Source of the DNA: SAR202 cluster bacterium
GTDB taxonomy: Bacteria > Chloroflexota > Dehalococcoidia > Lucifugimonadales > VGZR01
Direction: 5' to 3'
Assembly: GCA_016872515.1 (NCBI GenBank)
Contig: VGZR01000001.1
Span: forward strand, 167,322 to 231,321
Length of the DNA stretch: 64,000 nt
Part shown: positions 40,472 to 48,575 of the stretch, one piece after another
How positions within the stretch are numbered: the first letter of the stretch is position 1
How the letters are laid out: the number at the start of each line of letters is the position of its first letter
Program-made: the position numbers and the translations under genes
The notes under the pieces: model-generated
Database searches by the model: none
Seen by the model: only the letters and a program-made list of their open reading frames with translations
Told to the model about the DNA's origin: nothing

Positions 40472-40714
40472 CTACGCTGCTCCCAGTACCGCTCGTTCCA
40501 CGGCCTCTGGGAGTTTGACGGGAACGAAGTAGTCGGCAGGATACGGGTAGTCGTCGCCGGACTCGTCCACAACGCGCAGTTGCTGATGCTTGGCCGCCTC
40601 GCGGTCGGCAATGACCCGGTATAGCTTCCGCCGCTCCAGCGATGCCTCGCACCCCTCGTTGCGGACGCACACGGCTAGCGCCGTAGACGTTCGATGTCCT
40701 TGAGCCATGTTCAA
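40472..40714 (-). CDS. small conserved hypothetical protein (RVVDESGDDYPYP motif)
   Basis: 80 aa ORF. LERRKLYRVIADREAAKHQQLRVVDESGDDYPYPADYFVPVKLP resembles a widespread unnamed small-protein family (from memory). Confidence 0.5.
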   Translation of the reverse strand: MNMAQGHRTSTALAVCVRNEGCEASLERRKLYRVIADREAAKHQQLRVVDESGDDYPYPADYFVPVKLPEAVERAVLGAA

Positions 40715-40821
40715 TCGAATCAGGACGAAGCCAGGATAGACAACCTAGCTAGTTTTCCGGCGGTAATTGACAGAGTCTGCCCAAGTCCTCAAGGGTGATA
40801 CTGGCTCTAGCCGCGAGTCTA

Positions 40822-41280
40822 CTAAAAGCAATCTCTGTACTGCCCCAGTTGAAAACTGGACAGGTACCTTGTATGCCAGGAACCGCGATATGATCGACCG
40901 CAGAGATTTGGCTTGCATCTAGTGATTAGCTCAGCCTGCGTCAGCTTGGGTGGCCTTGAAGTCAGCCGGACAGGCCAGGAATGCCTTGCTGAAGGCTTAC
41001 TGCCCTGCTGTCCAAATCTAGGTGGGGCAGGGCAGCCGGGCGTGGCGAGGTCTTCGAGCGGGACGGCGGCAGGCGTGCGCCAGCGCACGGTGAGGATGGT
41101 GATGTAGGGGAGGAGGCGGTCTTCCTCGCGGGCGGCGAGGCCCTTGAGGAGTTCGCGGCAGGCGGGGTCGGCGGAGAGGACGTTGAGCAACAGGCGGAGC
41201 TCGCCCTTGAGCTGCGCCGGGTGCGCCGAGGGGATGCGCTCGGCGACGGCACGGGCGAGGGTGAGGGCAGGGTTGGGCAT
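40822..41280 (-). CDS. hypothetical protein, probably a truncated gene fragment
   Basis: Only the first 80 or so codons from ATG 41280 (MPNPALTLARAVAERIPSAHPAQLKGEL...) have the local high-G+C coding look. The rest runs into a lower-G+C patch. Confidence 0.3.
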   Translation of the reverse strand: MPNPALTLARAVAERIPSAHPAQLKGELRLLLNVLSADPACRELLKGLAAREEDRLLPYITILTVRWRTPAAVPLEDLATPGCPAPPRFGQQGSKPSARHSWPVRLTSRPPKLTQAELITRCKPNLCGRSYRGSWHTRYLSSFQLGQYRDCF

Positions 41281-41330
41281 GGCGGGTGTAGAGAACATAT
41301 GTGCTTTTGTATTGTGGCACATGAGAAACG

Positions 41331-41466
41331 ACCCTCTCCCCCTTGACGGGGGAGGGCCGAGGTAGGGGTGAAGTCGGTTTTCGCGGACGTTTCACCCCCC
41401 ATCCCTACGCGCCCCGACGCATTTGGGCGCGTAGGCCTCCCCCCTCCCTCGAAGGGGGAAGGAAAG
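41331..41466. repeat. mosaic repeat, A-T unit and an inverted T-B-A unit (tail to tail)
   Basis: CCCTCTCCCCC-TTGAC-GGGGGAGGG..GGTAGGGGTGAAGTC. After a 15 nt gap comes TTCACCCCCCATCC-CTACGCGCCC..GGGCGCGTAG-GCCTCCCCCCTCCC-TCGA-AGGGGGAAGG. Confidence 0.85.
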
Positions 41467-41565
41467 AAACAGCCTCCCCGCGAGTTGACCCACCCCGCGA
41501 TGTGGACGGCGGCCGCCCGTGTGCTACACTTTCGGCGCCTTGAAGGGGTGTAGGAGAGCGGTCGC

Positions 41566-42720
41566 GTGCGCGTGACGGATGTGAAGTCGTTCCTGGTGCA
41601 TCCCGGCACCGCGAAGAGCCTGTGCTTCGTGAAGGTGGAGACGGACTGGGGTGTGCATGGCTGGGGGGAGTGCTACACGCAGTCGGACCGGGACGTGCAG
41701 ATTGCGGCGCACGTGGGGCAGCTGCGGCGGTACTTGGTGGGGCGCGACCCGGTGCACATCAAGAGTTTCGTGCAGGTGGTGCACGATGACGTGATGCACC
41801 GGCGGGGCTCGATGGACCTGTACAGCGCGCTGAGCGGCATCGAGCAGGCGCTGTGGGACATCGCGGGGAAGCGGCTGGGGGCGCCGGTGCACGCGCTGCT
41901 GGGCGGGGCGTGCCGGAGCAGGGTGCGGGTCTATGCGAACGGCTGGGGCGACGGGAACCTCGCGCCGGAGGAGTTGGCGGCGAAGGCGAAGGCGGTGTTA
42001 GGGCGGGGGTTCGGGGCGGTGAAGTTCGACCCGGTGCCTGGTCCGTGGCGCAGCTACGTGGACGCGAAGACGGAGCGGCGGGCCGTGGAGAACGTGGCGG
42101 CGGTGCGCGAGGCGGTGGGGCCGGACGTGGACATCCTGGTAGAGATCCATCGAAGACTCGCACCAGCGCATGCGGTGTCCATCGCGCGGGCCGTCGAGGA
42201 GTTCAAGCCTTTCTGGTTCGAGGAGCCGGTGTGGGCGGAGAACGTGGACGCGCTGGCGGCGGCGAAGCGGGAGATACGCATCCCGGTGGTGACGGGCGAG
42301 GAGCTGTACACGAAGTTCGAGTTCCGCGAGGTGTTCGAGAAGCGGGCGGCGGACATCATCAATCCGGACGTGTGCAACGTCGGCGGCATCCTGGAACTGC
42401 GGGAGGTGGCGGCGATGGCGGAGGCGTACTTCGTGGCGGTGTCGCCGCATAACTACAACTCGACCACGGTCGGGCTGGCGGCGACGGTGCAGGTGTCGGC
42501 GTGCATGCCGAACTTCCTCATCACGGAGTACTTTGTGAACTTGGAGCCCATCGGGAACAAGATTGCGCGGAAGCCCATCAGGGTCGCGGACGGGCACATC
42601 GCGGTGCCGGAGGAGCCAGGGCTGGGTATCGAGCTGGACGAGGCGGCGATGGCGAAGCACCCGTACGCGGAGTTTCCGGTGCGGCGGATGAGACGGTTGC
42701 ATGGGGAGGAGGGAGGGTAG
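41566..42720 (+). CDS. enolase-superfamily enzyme (mandelate racemase/muconate lactonizing, sugar-acid dehydratase-like)
   Basis: GTG start after AGGAGA. VKVETDWGVHGWGEC...FWFEEPV...PVVTGEE...NPDVCNVGG. Confidence 0.85.
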   Translation: MRVTDVKSFLVHPGTAKSLCFVKVETDWGVHGWGECYTQSDRDVQIAAHVGQLRRYLVGRDPVHIKSFVQVVHDDVMHRRGSMDLYSALSGIEQALWDIAGKRLGAPVHALLGGACRSRVRVYANGWGDGNLAPEELAAKAKAVLGRGFGAVKFDPVPGPWRSYVDAKTERRAVENVAAVREAVGPDVDILVEIHRRLAPAHAVSIARAVEEFKPFWFEEPVWAENVDALAAAKREIRIPVVTGEELYTKFEFREVFEKRAADIINPDVCNVGGILELREVAAMAEAYFVAVSPHNYNSTTVGLAATVQVSACMPNFLITEYFVNLEPIGNKIARKPIRVADGHIAVPEEPGLGIELDEAAMAKHPYAEFPVRRMRRLHGEEGG

Positions 42721-42728
42721 GGGACGAG

Positions 42729-42774
42729 TTCACCCCCACCTCAATCCTCCCCTCTCGAGGGGGAGGAAGATTGC
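42729..42774. repeat. mosaic repeat, T-A unit
   Basis: TTCACCCCCACCTCAATCCTCCCCTC-TCGA-GGGGGAGGAAG. Confidence 0.8.
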
Positions 42775-42828
42775 AGCACCCTTCGCCGGCGTTTTCGTGT
42801 AGAGGGGAGAATGGATCCAGGAGGGAAG

Positions 42829-43032
42829 ATGGCGGAGAAGCCTAGCGTGCCGATGGAGGAGTTCCGGATGCTGATGGAGCGGGCGGGGTTCCGGCTGACG
42901 CAGGGGGAGCTGGAGCACTTGAAGCCGTTCTACGAGACAGCGCTTGCGTTGGTCGCGCCGCTGCATGCGAAGGACTTCACGACGGGCGAGATGGCGGTGA
43001 ACTTCGATGCGGCGGAGCCGACGACAGGGTGA
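42829..43032 (+). CDS. small GatC/AtzG-like protein, candidate accessory subunit of the downstream amidase
   Basis: 67 aa from ATG 42829 (AGGAGGG SD). MAEKPSVPMEEFRMLMERAGFRLTQGELEHLKPFYETALALVAPLH. The family call is tentative. Confidence 0.5.
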   Translation: MAEKPSVPMEEFRMLMERAGFRLTQGELEHLKPFYETALALVAPLHAKDFTTGEMAVNFDAAEPTTG

Positions 43033-43079
43033 GGGGGAATCTATGTTCTGCGAAAGGGTTACGCTCTTTTGAGGACACG

Positions 43080-43268
43080 TTTCACCCTCACCCCTTCGAC
43101 AGGCTCAGGGCAAACTCTTTGGTCCGCCTGCAGCGGACCAAAGGCCTCTCCCTTCAAGGGAGAGGAGGTTGAACGTCACCCCCATCCTTCGGCTGCGCTC
43201 AGTACAGGCTCTTAGTTCTCCCCTCCTTCGACAGGCTCAGGACAAGCTCTCGAGGGGGAGGAGAGTTT
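43080..43268. repeat. mosaic repeat cluster between the small protein and the amidase
   Basis: TTTCACCCTCACC-CCTTCGACAGGCTCAGGGCAAACTC-TTTGGTCCGC..GCGGACCAAAG-GCCTCTCCC-TTCA-AGGGAGAGGAGG. Then TCACCCCCATCC..., then CCTTCGACAGGCTCAGGACAAGCTC-TCGA-GGGGGAGGAG. Confidence 0.85.
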
Positions 43269-43321
43269 CTAGGGTCTCGTGTTTTGCGAGCGGGTGAACT
43301 TCTCATACAGGGCTAGGTGAT

Positions 43322-44728
43322 GTGATGACGATGCGGAGTGAGTTGCACTATTTGACGATTGGGCAGGCGGGGAGGCTGATCAAGGAGCGGAAGCTGTCGC
43401 CGGTGGAATTGACGCGGGTGATGCTGGAGCGCGTCGAGAAGATGGGCGGGACGCTGCAGACGTACATCACGCTGCTGCGGGATGAGGCGATGGCACAAGC
43501 GAAGGCGGCGGAGGCGGAGATACGGCGGGGGAACTATAGGGGGCCGCTGCACGGGATACCCATCGCGCTGAAGGACAACTACGACACCAAAGACGTGCGA
43601 ACCACCGCCGGGTCTCAGTTATTGAGGGATCATGTACCCATGGAGGATTCGGCGGTGGCGGCGCGGCTCAAGGCTGCGGGGGCGGTGCTGCTGGGGAAGC
43701 TGACGCTGACGGAGTTCGCGTGCGGCGGGCCGGACCAGACTTGCGGCTATCCGATCCCGCGCAACCCGTGGAACCTGGAGCATGGCGCGGGCGGGTCGAG
43801 CAACGGGTCGGCGGTGGCGGTGTCGGCGGGGCTGTGCATGGGGACGATGGCGACGTGCACGCGGGGGTCGATCCGGGCGCCGGCGATGTTCTGCAACGTC
43901 GTGGGGTTCAAGCCGACGTACGGGCGGGTGAGCCGCCATGGGGTCATCCCGCTGAGCTGGACGCTGGACCACTGCGGGCCGATCACAGCGACGGTGGAGG
44001 ACGCGGCGATCATGCTGCGTGCGGTGGCGGGCTGGGACCCGGCTGACCCGACGAGCAGCCACGCGCCGGCGCCGGACTACGCAGGGGAGCTGCGGACGGA
44101 CATCAAGGGTCTGAAGATCGGGGTGCCGAGGCACTTCTTCTTCCCGGCCCGGCCGGATGTGCAGCGGGAGCCGCTGGCAATCGCAGAGGCGGCGCTGCGG
44201 AAGCTGGAAGAGCTGGGCGCGCACGTGGAGGAGACGCGGATCCCCGAGCTGGAGTACTCGGACGCGGCGGCGCTGGTGATCCTGTTAGGGGAGGGGTACG
44301 CGTACCACCAGTGGAACCTGAAGGCGAAGCCGGAGGGGTACGGTGTGGTGAACCGGGCGGAGTTCCGGCTGGCGAGCCTGTTCACGATGAGCGACTACGT
44401 GCAAGCGCAGCGGGCGCGGAACGCGCTGAAGCGGGGGTATGCTAAGGCGCTGCAGCGGTACGACCTGATCGTGTCGCCGACGTTCGCCATCGTGGCGCCG
44501 CGGTACGATGCGCCGCCGGGGATGGCGACGACGAAAATGCCGAGCTTCACGGGGCCGTATAACCTGGCGGGGCTGCCTGCGATCTCGGTGCCTGCCGGGT
44601 TCACGGCGAAGGGGCTGCCGTCGGGGATCCAGCTGGCGGGCAGGCCGTTCGACGAGACGACGGTGCTGCGGGCGGCGTACACGTACGAGCAGGCGACGGA
44701 GTGGCACAAACGGCGGCCGCCGCTGTAG
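43322..44728 (+). CDS. amidase-signature enzyme (GatA-like amidase)
   Basis: GPLHGIPIALKDNYDT...GGSSNGSAVAVSAG. 468 aa. Confidence 0.9.
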   Translation: MMTMRSELHYLTIGQAGRLIKERKLSPVELTRVMLERVEKMGGTLQTYITLLRDEAMAQAKAAEAEIRRGNYRGPLHGIPIALKDNYDTKDVRTTAGSQLLRDHVPMEDSAVAARLKAAGAVLLGKLTLTEFACGGPDQTCGYPIPRNPWNLEHGAGGSSNGSAVAVSAGLCMGTMATCTRGSIRAPAMFCNVVGFKPTYGRVSRHGVIPLSWTLDHCGPITATVEDAAIMLRAVAGWDPADPTSSHAPAPDYAGELRTDIKGLKIGVPRHFFFPARPDVQREPLAIAEAALRKLEELGAHVEETRIPELEYSDAAALVILLGEGYAYHQWNLKAKPEGYGVVNRAEFRLASLFTMSDYVQAQRARNALKRGYAKALQRYDLIVSPTFAIVAPRYDAPPGMATTKMPSFTGPYNLAGLPAISVPAGFTAKGLPSGIQLAGRPFDETTVLRAAYTYEQATEWHKRRPPL

Positions 44729-44739
44729 GCCGACGTGAC

Positions 44740-44794
44740 GGGGAACTCCTTTTGTCAAAAAGAAGTCCCGCAGACCCCTCAAGAAAACTTGGAG
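44740..44794. repeat. family-F repeat copy
   Basis: GGGGAACTCCTTTT-GTCA-AAAAGAAGTCCC plus GCAGACCCCTCAAGAAAACTTGGAG. Compare 48480-48535. Confidence 0.6.
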
Positions 44795-44795
44795 C

Positions 44796-44840
44796 ATGAG
44801 CAGCGGGGTGGGCCGCTCGACGGCCCACCCCGCTGCTCAT
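44796..44840. terminator. long perfect hairpin between the convergent amidase and VOC genes
   Basis: ATGAGCAGCGGGGTGGGCCG-CTCGA-CGGCCCACCCCGCTGCTCAT (20 bp stem), followed by ATTTCG. Confidence 0.5.
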
Positions 44841-44906
44841 ATTTCGAGTCTTCTTAGGGAGCTATGAGAGTTGCTGTCGCCGGGAAGGAGTCCTCTACTC
44901 AGCGAT

Positions 44907-45266
44907 CTAGGGGGTGAGTTGCATGAGCTGGAGGAGGTTGCCGTCGGGGTCGGAGAAGGTGGCGATCCAGCCGCCCCACTTTTCCTGGCCAGGCTTGCGG
45001 ATGAAGGGGATACCCTTGGCGACGAGCGCCGCGTGGGCGGCATGGATGTCGGCGACGCCGAGGTTGACCATGATGCGGTGTGGGTCTGCGCTCTGACCTT
45101 TGACTTCGGAGTGGGGGACGATGCTGAGGCGCATGCTTTCCCAGGCGAAGGAGACGATATGGGGTTTGACGGAGTGGGGCGTCAGGCCGAGGGTGTCGCG
45201 GTAGAAGGCGGAGAGCCTTTGGAGGTTATCGGTGCCGATGAGGATGCCGACGACGCCGGTTATCAT
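44907..45266 (-). CDS. VOC/glyoxalase-family protein
   Basis: 119 aa. FYRDTLGL...FSDPDGNLLQLMQ. Confidence 0.8.
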   Translation of the reverse strand: MITGVVGILIGTDNLQRLSAFYRDTLGLTPHSVKPHIVSFAWESMRLSIVPHSEVKGQSADPHRIMVNLGVADIHAAHAALVAKGIPFIRKPGQEKWGGWIATFSDPDGNLLQLMQLTP

Positions 45267-45343
45267 GAATACACCTCACGGTTGGGAACTGGGAGTTGGA
45301 TTTTACAGGGTACTTCCCTCATTGTCTCGACCCCAAAGGCAGG

Positions 45344-45410
45344 TCTCACCCCTACCTCTTCGGCCCGCAGCGTGCCGAAGGTCTTCCCTCCTCAAGGGGG
45401 AGGAGGAAGA
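45344..45410. repeat. mosaic repeat, T-B-A unit
   Basis: TCTCACCCCTACC-TCTTCGGC..GCCGAAGG-TCTTCCCTCC-TCAA-GGGGGAGGAGGAAG. Confidence 0.85.
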
Positions 45411-45488
45411 TTACCTCCCTGGTCCCTCTGCATCGGGTAGCGTGTTCCCAACAGGAGGATTCTGGGGAAATCGTGGACGGGGGTGGGT

Positions 45489-45516
45489 TTGCAAGGGGGC
45501 AGGCGGTAGGTATAAT
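45489..45516 (+). promoter_or_regulatory. near-consensus sigma-70 promoter with no downstream protein gene
   Basis: TTGCAA (45489-45494), 16 nt spacer, TATAAT (45511-45516). Confidence 0.55.
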
Positions 45517-45522
45517 GGCGGC

Positions 45523-45678
45523 AGAGACAAGGTGGTGGTGGATGACAGCTTACGGGGCGTCTCTAGAAAGGAGGGTTTCAGAATTGGATAGTACGCGTAG
45601 GGGGTGTCTCAGGTAGGTGTTCCTTGAGGCACCTTCCCTGTCATGGGCCCCGCCGAAAGGCGGGGCCCATTTGTTTTG
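45523..45678 (+). ncRNA. candidate small RNA (unclassified), bounded by a promoter and an intrinsic terminator
   Basis: About 155 nt between the TATAAT box and the terminator at 45643-45678. The only ATG-initiated reading frame is 24 codons. The 5' GACAAGGUG can pair with the 3' CACCUUCCCUGUC. No SRP, tRNA or tmRNA motifs seen. Confidence 0.45.
45643..45678 (+). terminator. intrinsic terminator
   Basis: ATGGGCCCCGCC-GAAA-GGCGGGGCCCAT followed by TTGTTTTG. Confidence 0.7.
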
Positions 45679-45715
45679 TGGGGAATGTTCGGCAGTTCGC
45701 GCCAGGCCGCTTCAG

Positions 45716-45849
45716 TTCTCCGTGTTGCTCAGGACAAGTTTCACCCCCACCTCTTTGGGCCGACTAGGTCGGCCCAAAGTTTCCTTCGCTTCGCTCAAGG
45801 ACAGGCTCTCCCCCCTCGAGGGGGAGGAGGAAGAACGCCCTCACCCCCT
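45716..45849. repeat. mosaic repeat cluster (E, T-B, E, A, T)
   Basis: TTCACCCCCACC-TCTTTGGGCCGAC-TAG-GTCGGCCCAAAG...CTCAAGGACAGGCTCTCCCCCC-TCGA-GGGGGAGGAGG...CCCTCACCCCC. Confidence 0.85.
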
Positions 45850-45857
45850 TCCCCAAG

Positions 45858-47216
45858 CTAGAGGAGGCCTTCTTTGCGGACTTCTAGGAAGGAGTGTTTC
45901 ATGGCTTCGATGACGAAGTCTATGTCCTTGGGGGTGTGGGCGGTGGAGATGTGGAACTGGTGGATGCCGGGGATGACGACGCCGTTGTTTAGGAGGTGCA
46001 TGAAGAAGGCATCGTCGGCTGCCTTGAGAGAGGGGTCTATGTCGCGGGCGCTCTGGATGGGGCCGCCGCGCTGGATGCGCATGAAGAACATGGAGAGGGC
46101 GCTCATGAGCTGGGCGGGGATCTCCTCGGACTGGCAGAATCGGTTGACCTCGTTGGCGAGCCTCATGCTCTGCTCGGCGAGGTACTTGTAGGACTCGGGA
46201 TGGTCGCGGAGGTAGGTGAGGGCGGCGGTTCCGGCGACCATGGAGATGGGGTTGCCGCCGAAGGTGCCTGCGGCGAAGACGCCGGGGAGGCGCGGGCCGC
46301 CGCGGGTGAAGGTCTCGGGGCTGGCGGCGCCGCGGGAGAAGACGTCCATGATGTCTGCGCGGCCGGCGATGGCGCCGATGGGCAGGCCGCCGCCCATGAC
46401 CTTGCCGTAGGTGGCGAGGTCGGGGGTGATGTCGAAGAGTTCCTGGGCACCGCCGTAGGCGAGGCGGAAGCCGGTGATGATCTCGTCCATGAGGAAGAGG
46501 ACGCCGGACTCGCGGCAGACCTCGCGCAGTTCTCGCAACCATTCGACGTGGTCGAGGCGGGGGTTGGAGCTCTGGACGGGCTCGATGAGGACGAGGGCGA
46601 GTTCGTCCTTGTGCGTGCGGATGAGGTCGAAGGCTTTCCTGCTGCGGTAGGGGAGCATGATGGTGTTCTGGAGGGTGGCCTTGGGGATGCCGTCGCCGAC
46701 GGTGTTGAAGGTGGGGGCGTCGTGGGGGCTGCCGGCGGCGGCGCGGACCATGACGTAGTCGTGGGCGCCGTGGTAGCCGCCGTCGAACATGGCGATCTTG
46801 TCGCGGCGTGTGTAGGCGCGCGCGGCGCGGATGGCGAACATGGTGGCCTCGGTGCCGGTGTTGCAGAACTCGACCTTGTCGGCGCAGGGGACGGCCTCGA
46901 CGATGAGGCGGGCGAGATGCTCTTGGTAGGGGTTGTGGAGCGCCCACTGGAAGCCGCGCTCGGCGGCGTCTTTGACGGCGTCCACGACGACGCCGGGGGC
47001 ATGGCCGAGGATGTGTGGGCCGAAGCCGAGGGCGAGGTCTATGTACTCATTGCCGTCCACGTCGGTGACGCGGGAGCCCCTTGACTCGCGGATGTAGATG
47101 GGGTAGGGCATGGCGAGGGTGCCGACCGCGAGCTGGCCGAGCACTTCGAGGCTGCGTTCGTGAGCGCGTTTGGAGCCTGGGGTCTTTCGTTCGATCTCGG
47201 CGCGGACGTTGCTCAT
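45858..47216 (-). CDS. class-III PLP aminotransferase, GSA-aminomutase-like (paralogue of 1050-2387)
   Basis: ATG 47216 after AGGAGG. CNTGTEATMFAIRAARAYT...LMDEIITGFR...GTFGGNPISMVAG. Confidence 0.85.
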   Translation of the reverse strand: MSNVRAEIERKTPGSKRAHERSLEVLGQLAVGTLAMPYPIYIRESRGSRVTDVDGNEYIDLALGFGPHILGHAPGVVVDAVKDAAERGFQWALHNPYQEHLARLIVEAVPCADKVEFCNTGTEATMFAIRAARAYTRRDKIAMFDGGYHGAHDYVMVRAAAGSPHDAPTFNTVGDGIPKATLQNTIMLPYRSRKAFDLIRTHKDELALVLIEPVQSSNPRLDHVEWLRELREVCRESGVLFLMDEIITGFRLAYGGAQELFDITPDLATYGKVMGGGLPIGAIAGRADIMDVFSRGAASPETFTRGGPRLPGVFAAGTFGGNPISMVAGTAALTYLRDHPESYKYLAEQSMRLANEVNRFCQSEEIPAQLMSALSMFFMRIQRGGPIQSARDIDPSLKAADDAFFMHLLNNGVVIPGIHQFHISTAHTPKDIDFVIEAMKHSFLEVRKEGLL

Positions 47217-47324
47217 GGTGCTCCTCCTCGTCAGCAGGGTGGCGGAATCCGATGCCGACACGTCGTGCATCTTCTGCTGACGAGGCAATGGTAGCAGCGA
47301 GAGGCGGAGGAGGGCAACCGTTGG

Positions 47325-47463
47325 ATCCCCTCACCCTATGAGCCGCTAGAGGCGGCTCATAGGCCTCTCCCACAAGGGGCGAGGGGATTCGACGCCCTCA
47401 CCCCTACGGTCCTTCCGCGGAAGGGCCGTAGGCCCTCCCCCGTGGACGGGGGAGGGGTGGTGC
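47325..47463. repeat. mosaic repeat, two tandem T-B-A units
   Basis: CCCCTCACC-CTATGAGCCGC-TAGA-GGCGGCTCATAG-GCCTCTCCC-ACAA-GGGGCGAGGGG. Then CCCTCACCC-CTACGGTCCTTCCGCGGAAGGGCCGTAG-GCCCTCCCCCGT-GGAC-GGGGGAGGGG. Confidence 0.9.
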
Positions 47464-47475
47464 GACCCCTTATTC

Positions 47476-48428
47476 CTATGGCTTGTTTTCGAAGAAGCGG
47501 CGGGGGTTGTCCACGGTAATCTGGGTGATGGTCTTGTCCGGAACGCCCAACCCCTTGAGGCGGGGCAGACCTTTGCGAGTGATGAAGAGGAAGCTGTCGG
47601 GGTTGTGAGTCATGAAAGCTTTTTGCTGCTTGGGGCCGATGATGCCTGGATAGACGCACCAGTCGTGGCCGAGGAGGATGCGGTGCGCCCAGCCTGCGTC
47701 TATGAGGCGCTTGATGGTGCCGGCGCGCTGGGTCCATGAGCGCGTGCCTGGGGTGACGTCGCCGAGGAAGGTCCTGTCGAGGCCGACCCAGGCGCTCTTC
47801 TTCATGAGACCGGCGACGTCGGCGGTATCGTTGCTGTGGCCGATGTACACCTGGTTGAGGTTGAGCTTCTCGCTCTGGAAGATGCGGAGCTGCTGGTCGC
47901 CGACGCGCTCGGGCGCCCAGGTGTGGCAGGAGATGGGGACGCCGGTCTTCTTGGCAGCGCGGGCGGCAGCGCGGAGGATGATTTCGCCCTCGGGGGTGAC
48001 GCCGCCCCTGTCGGTGGCGACCTTGATGATGCCGGCCTTGATGCCGGTGCCCTCGATGCCCTCCTTGATCTCGCGGGTGAAGAGGGCGGCGATGTCGTCA
48101 ACGTTGGCCTGCCAGAAGGCGCGGGGGATGTCGAGCAACATGCCTGTGCAGGCGATGATGTTCATGCCGCTGCGGCGGGAGACTTCGCGGACGAGGCGGA
48201 CGTCGCGTCCGAGGTCAAGGGTGGTGAGTCCACGATGGTGTCCACGCCCCCGGCCTTGGCCTCGCGGAGGATGCGGACGGCGTTGGCGACGATGGTGTTT
48301 CGGGGGCCGATGAAATCGTGATAGACGTGGCGGATGCCTGCGGAGGAGACGGCGACATGCTCGTAGGAGAGGGTGAAGCCGAGGGCCTTGGTGTCGAGGG
48401 GGCCGAGGACGGAGTTGATGCGGGCCAC
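47476..48428 (-). pseudogene. phosphotriesterase-family hydrolase interrupted by a -1 frameshift
   Basis: ORF 48162-48428 (..GVDTIVDS) and ORF 47476-48165 are consecutive parts. The downstream frame read upstream gives TTLDLGRDVRLVREVSRRSGMNIIACTG, the family-typical continuation. The lesion lies near 48225-48232. Confidence 0.7.
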
Positions 48429-48479
48429 GGTGGGCCTCCTTCAGGCAGAGTTACGGCAATAACGTGAGGGAAGCACCCT

Positions 48480-48535
48480 GGGGGACTTCTTCTAGGCAGA
48501 AGAAGTCCCCCAGACCCTTCAAGAAGACTTCAGAG
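48480..48535. repeat. family-F repeat copy with perfect 14 bp hairpin
   Basis: GGGGGACTTCTTCT-AGGC-AGAAGAAGTCCCCC plus AGACCCTTCAAGAAGACTTCAGAG. Confidence 0.6.
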
Positions 48536-48575
48536 TTTTTTGGGTTCTACCGGATTCAATTCTCCCACGATTACA

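Noticed and set aside
45523-45678. Identification of the candidate sRNA as SRP (4.5S) RNA, 6S RNA, tRNA or a riboswitch.
   Set aside because: It lacks the SRP helix-8 GGAAGCAGC-type motif and tRNA T-loop/cloverleaf features. No gene follows on the same strand for a riboswitch. 6S cannot be confirmed or excluded without a covariance-model search, so it is left unclassified.
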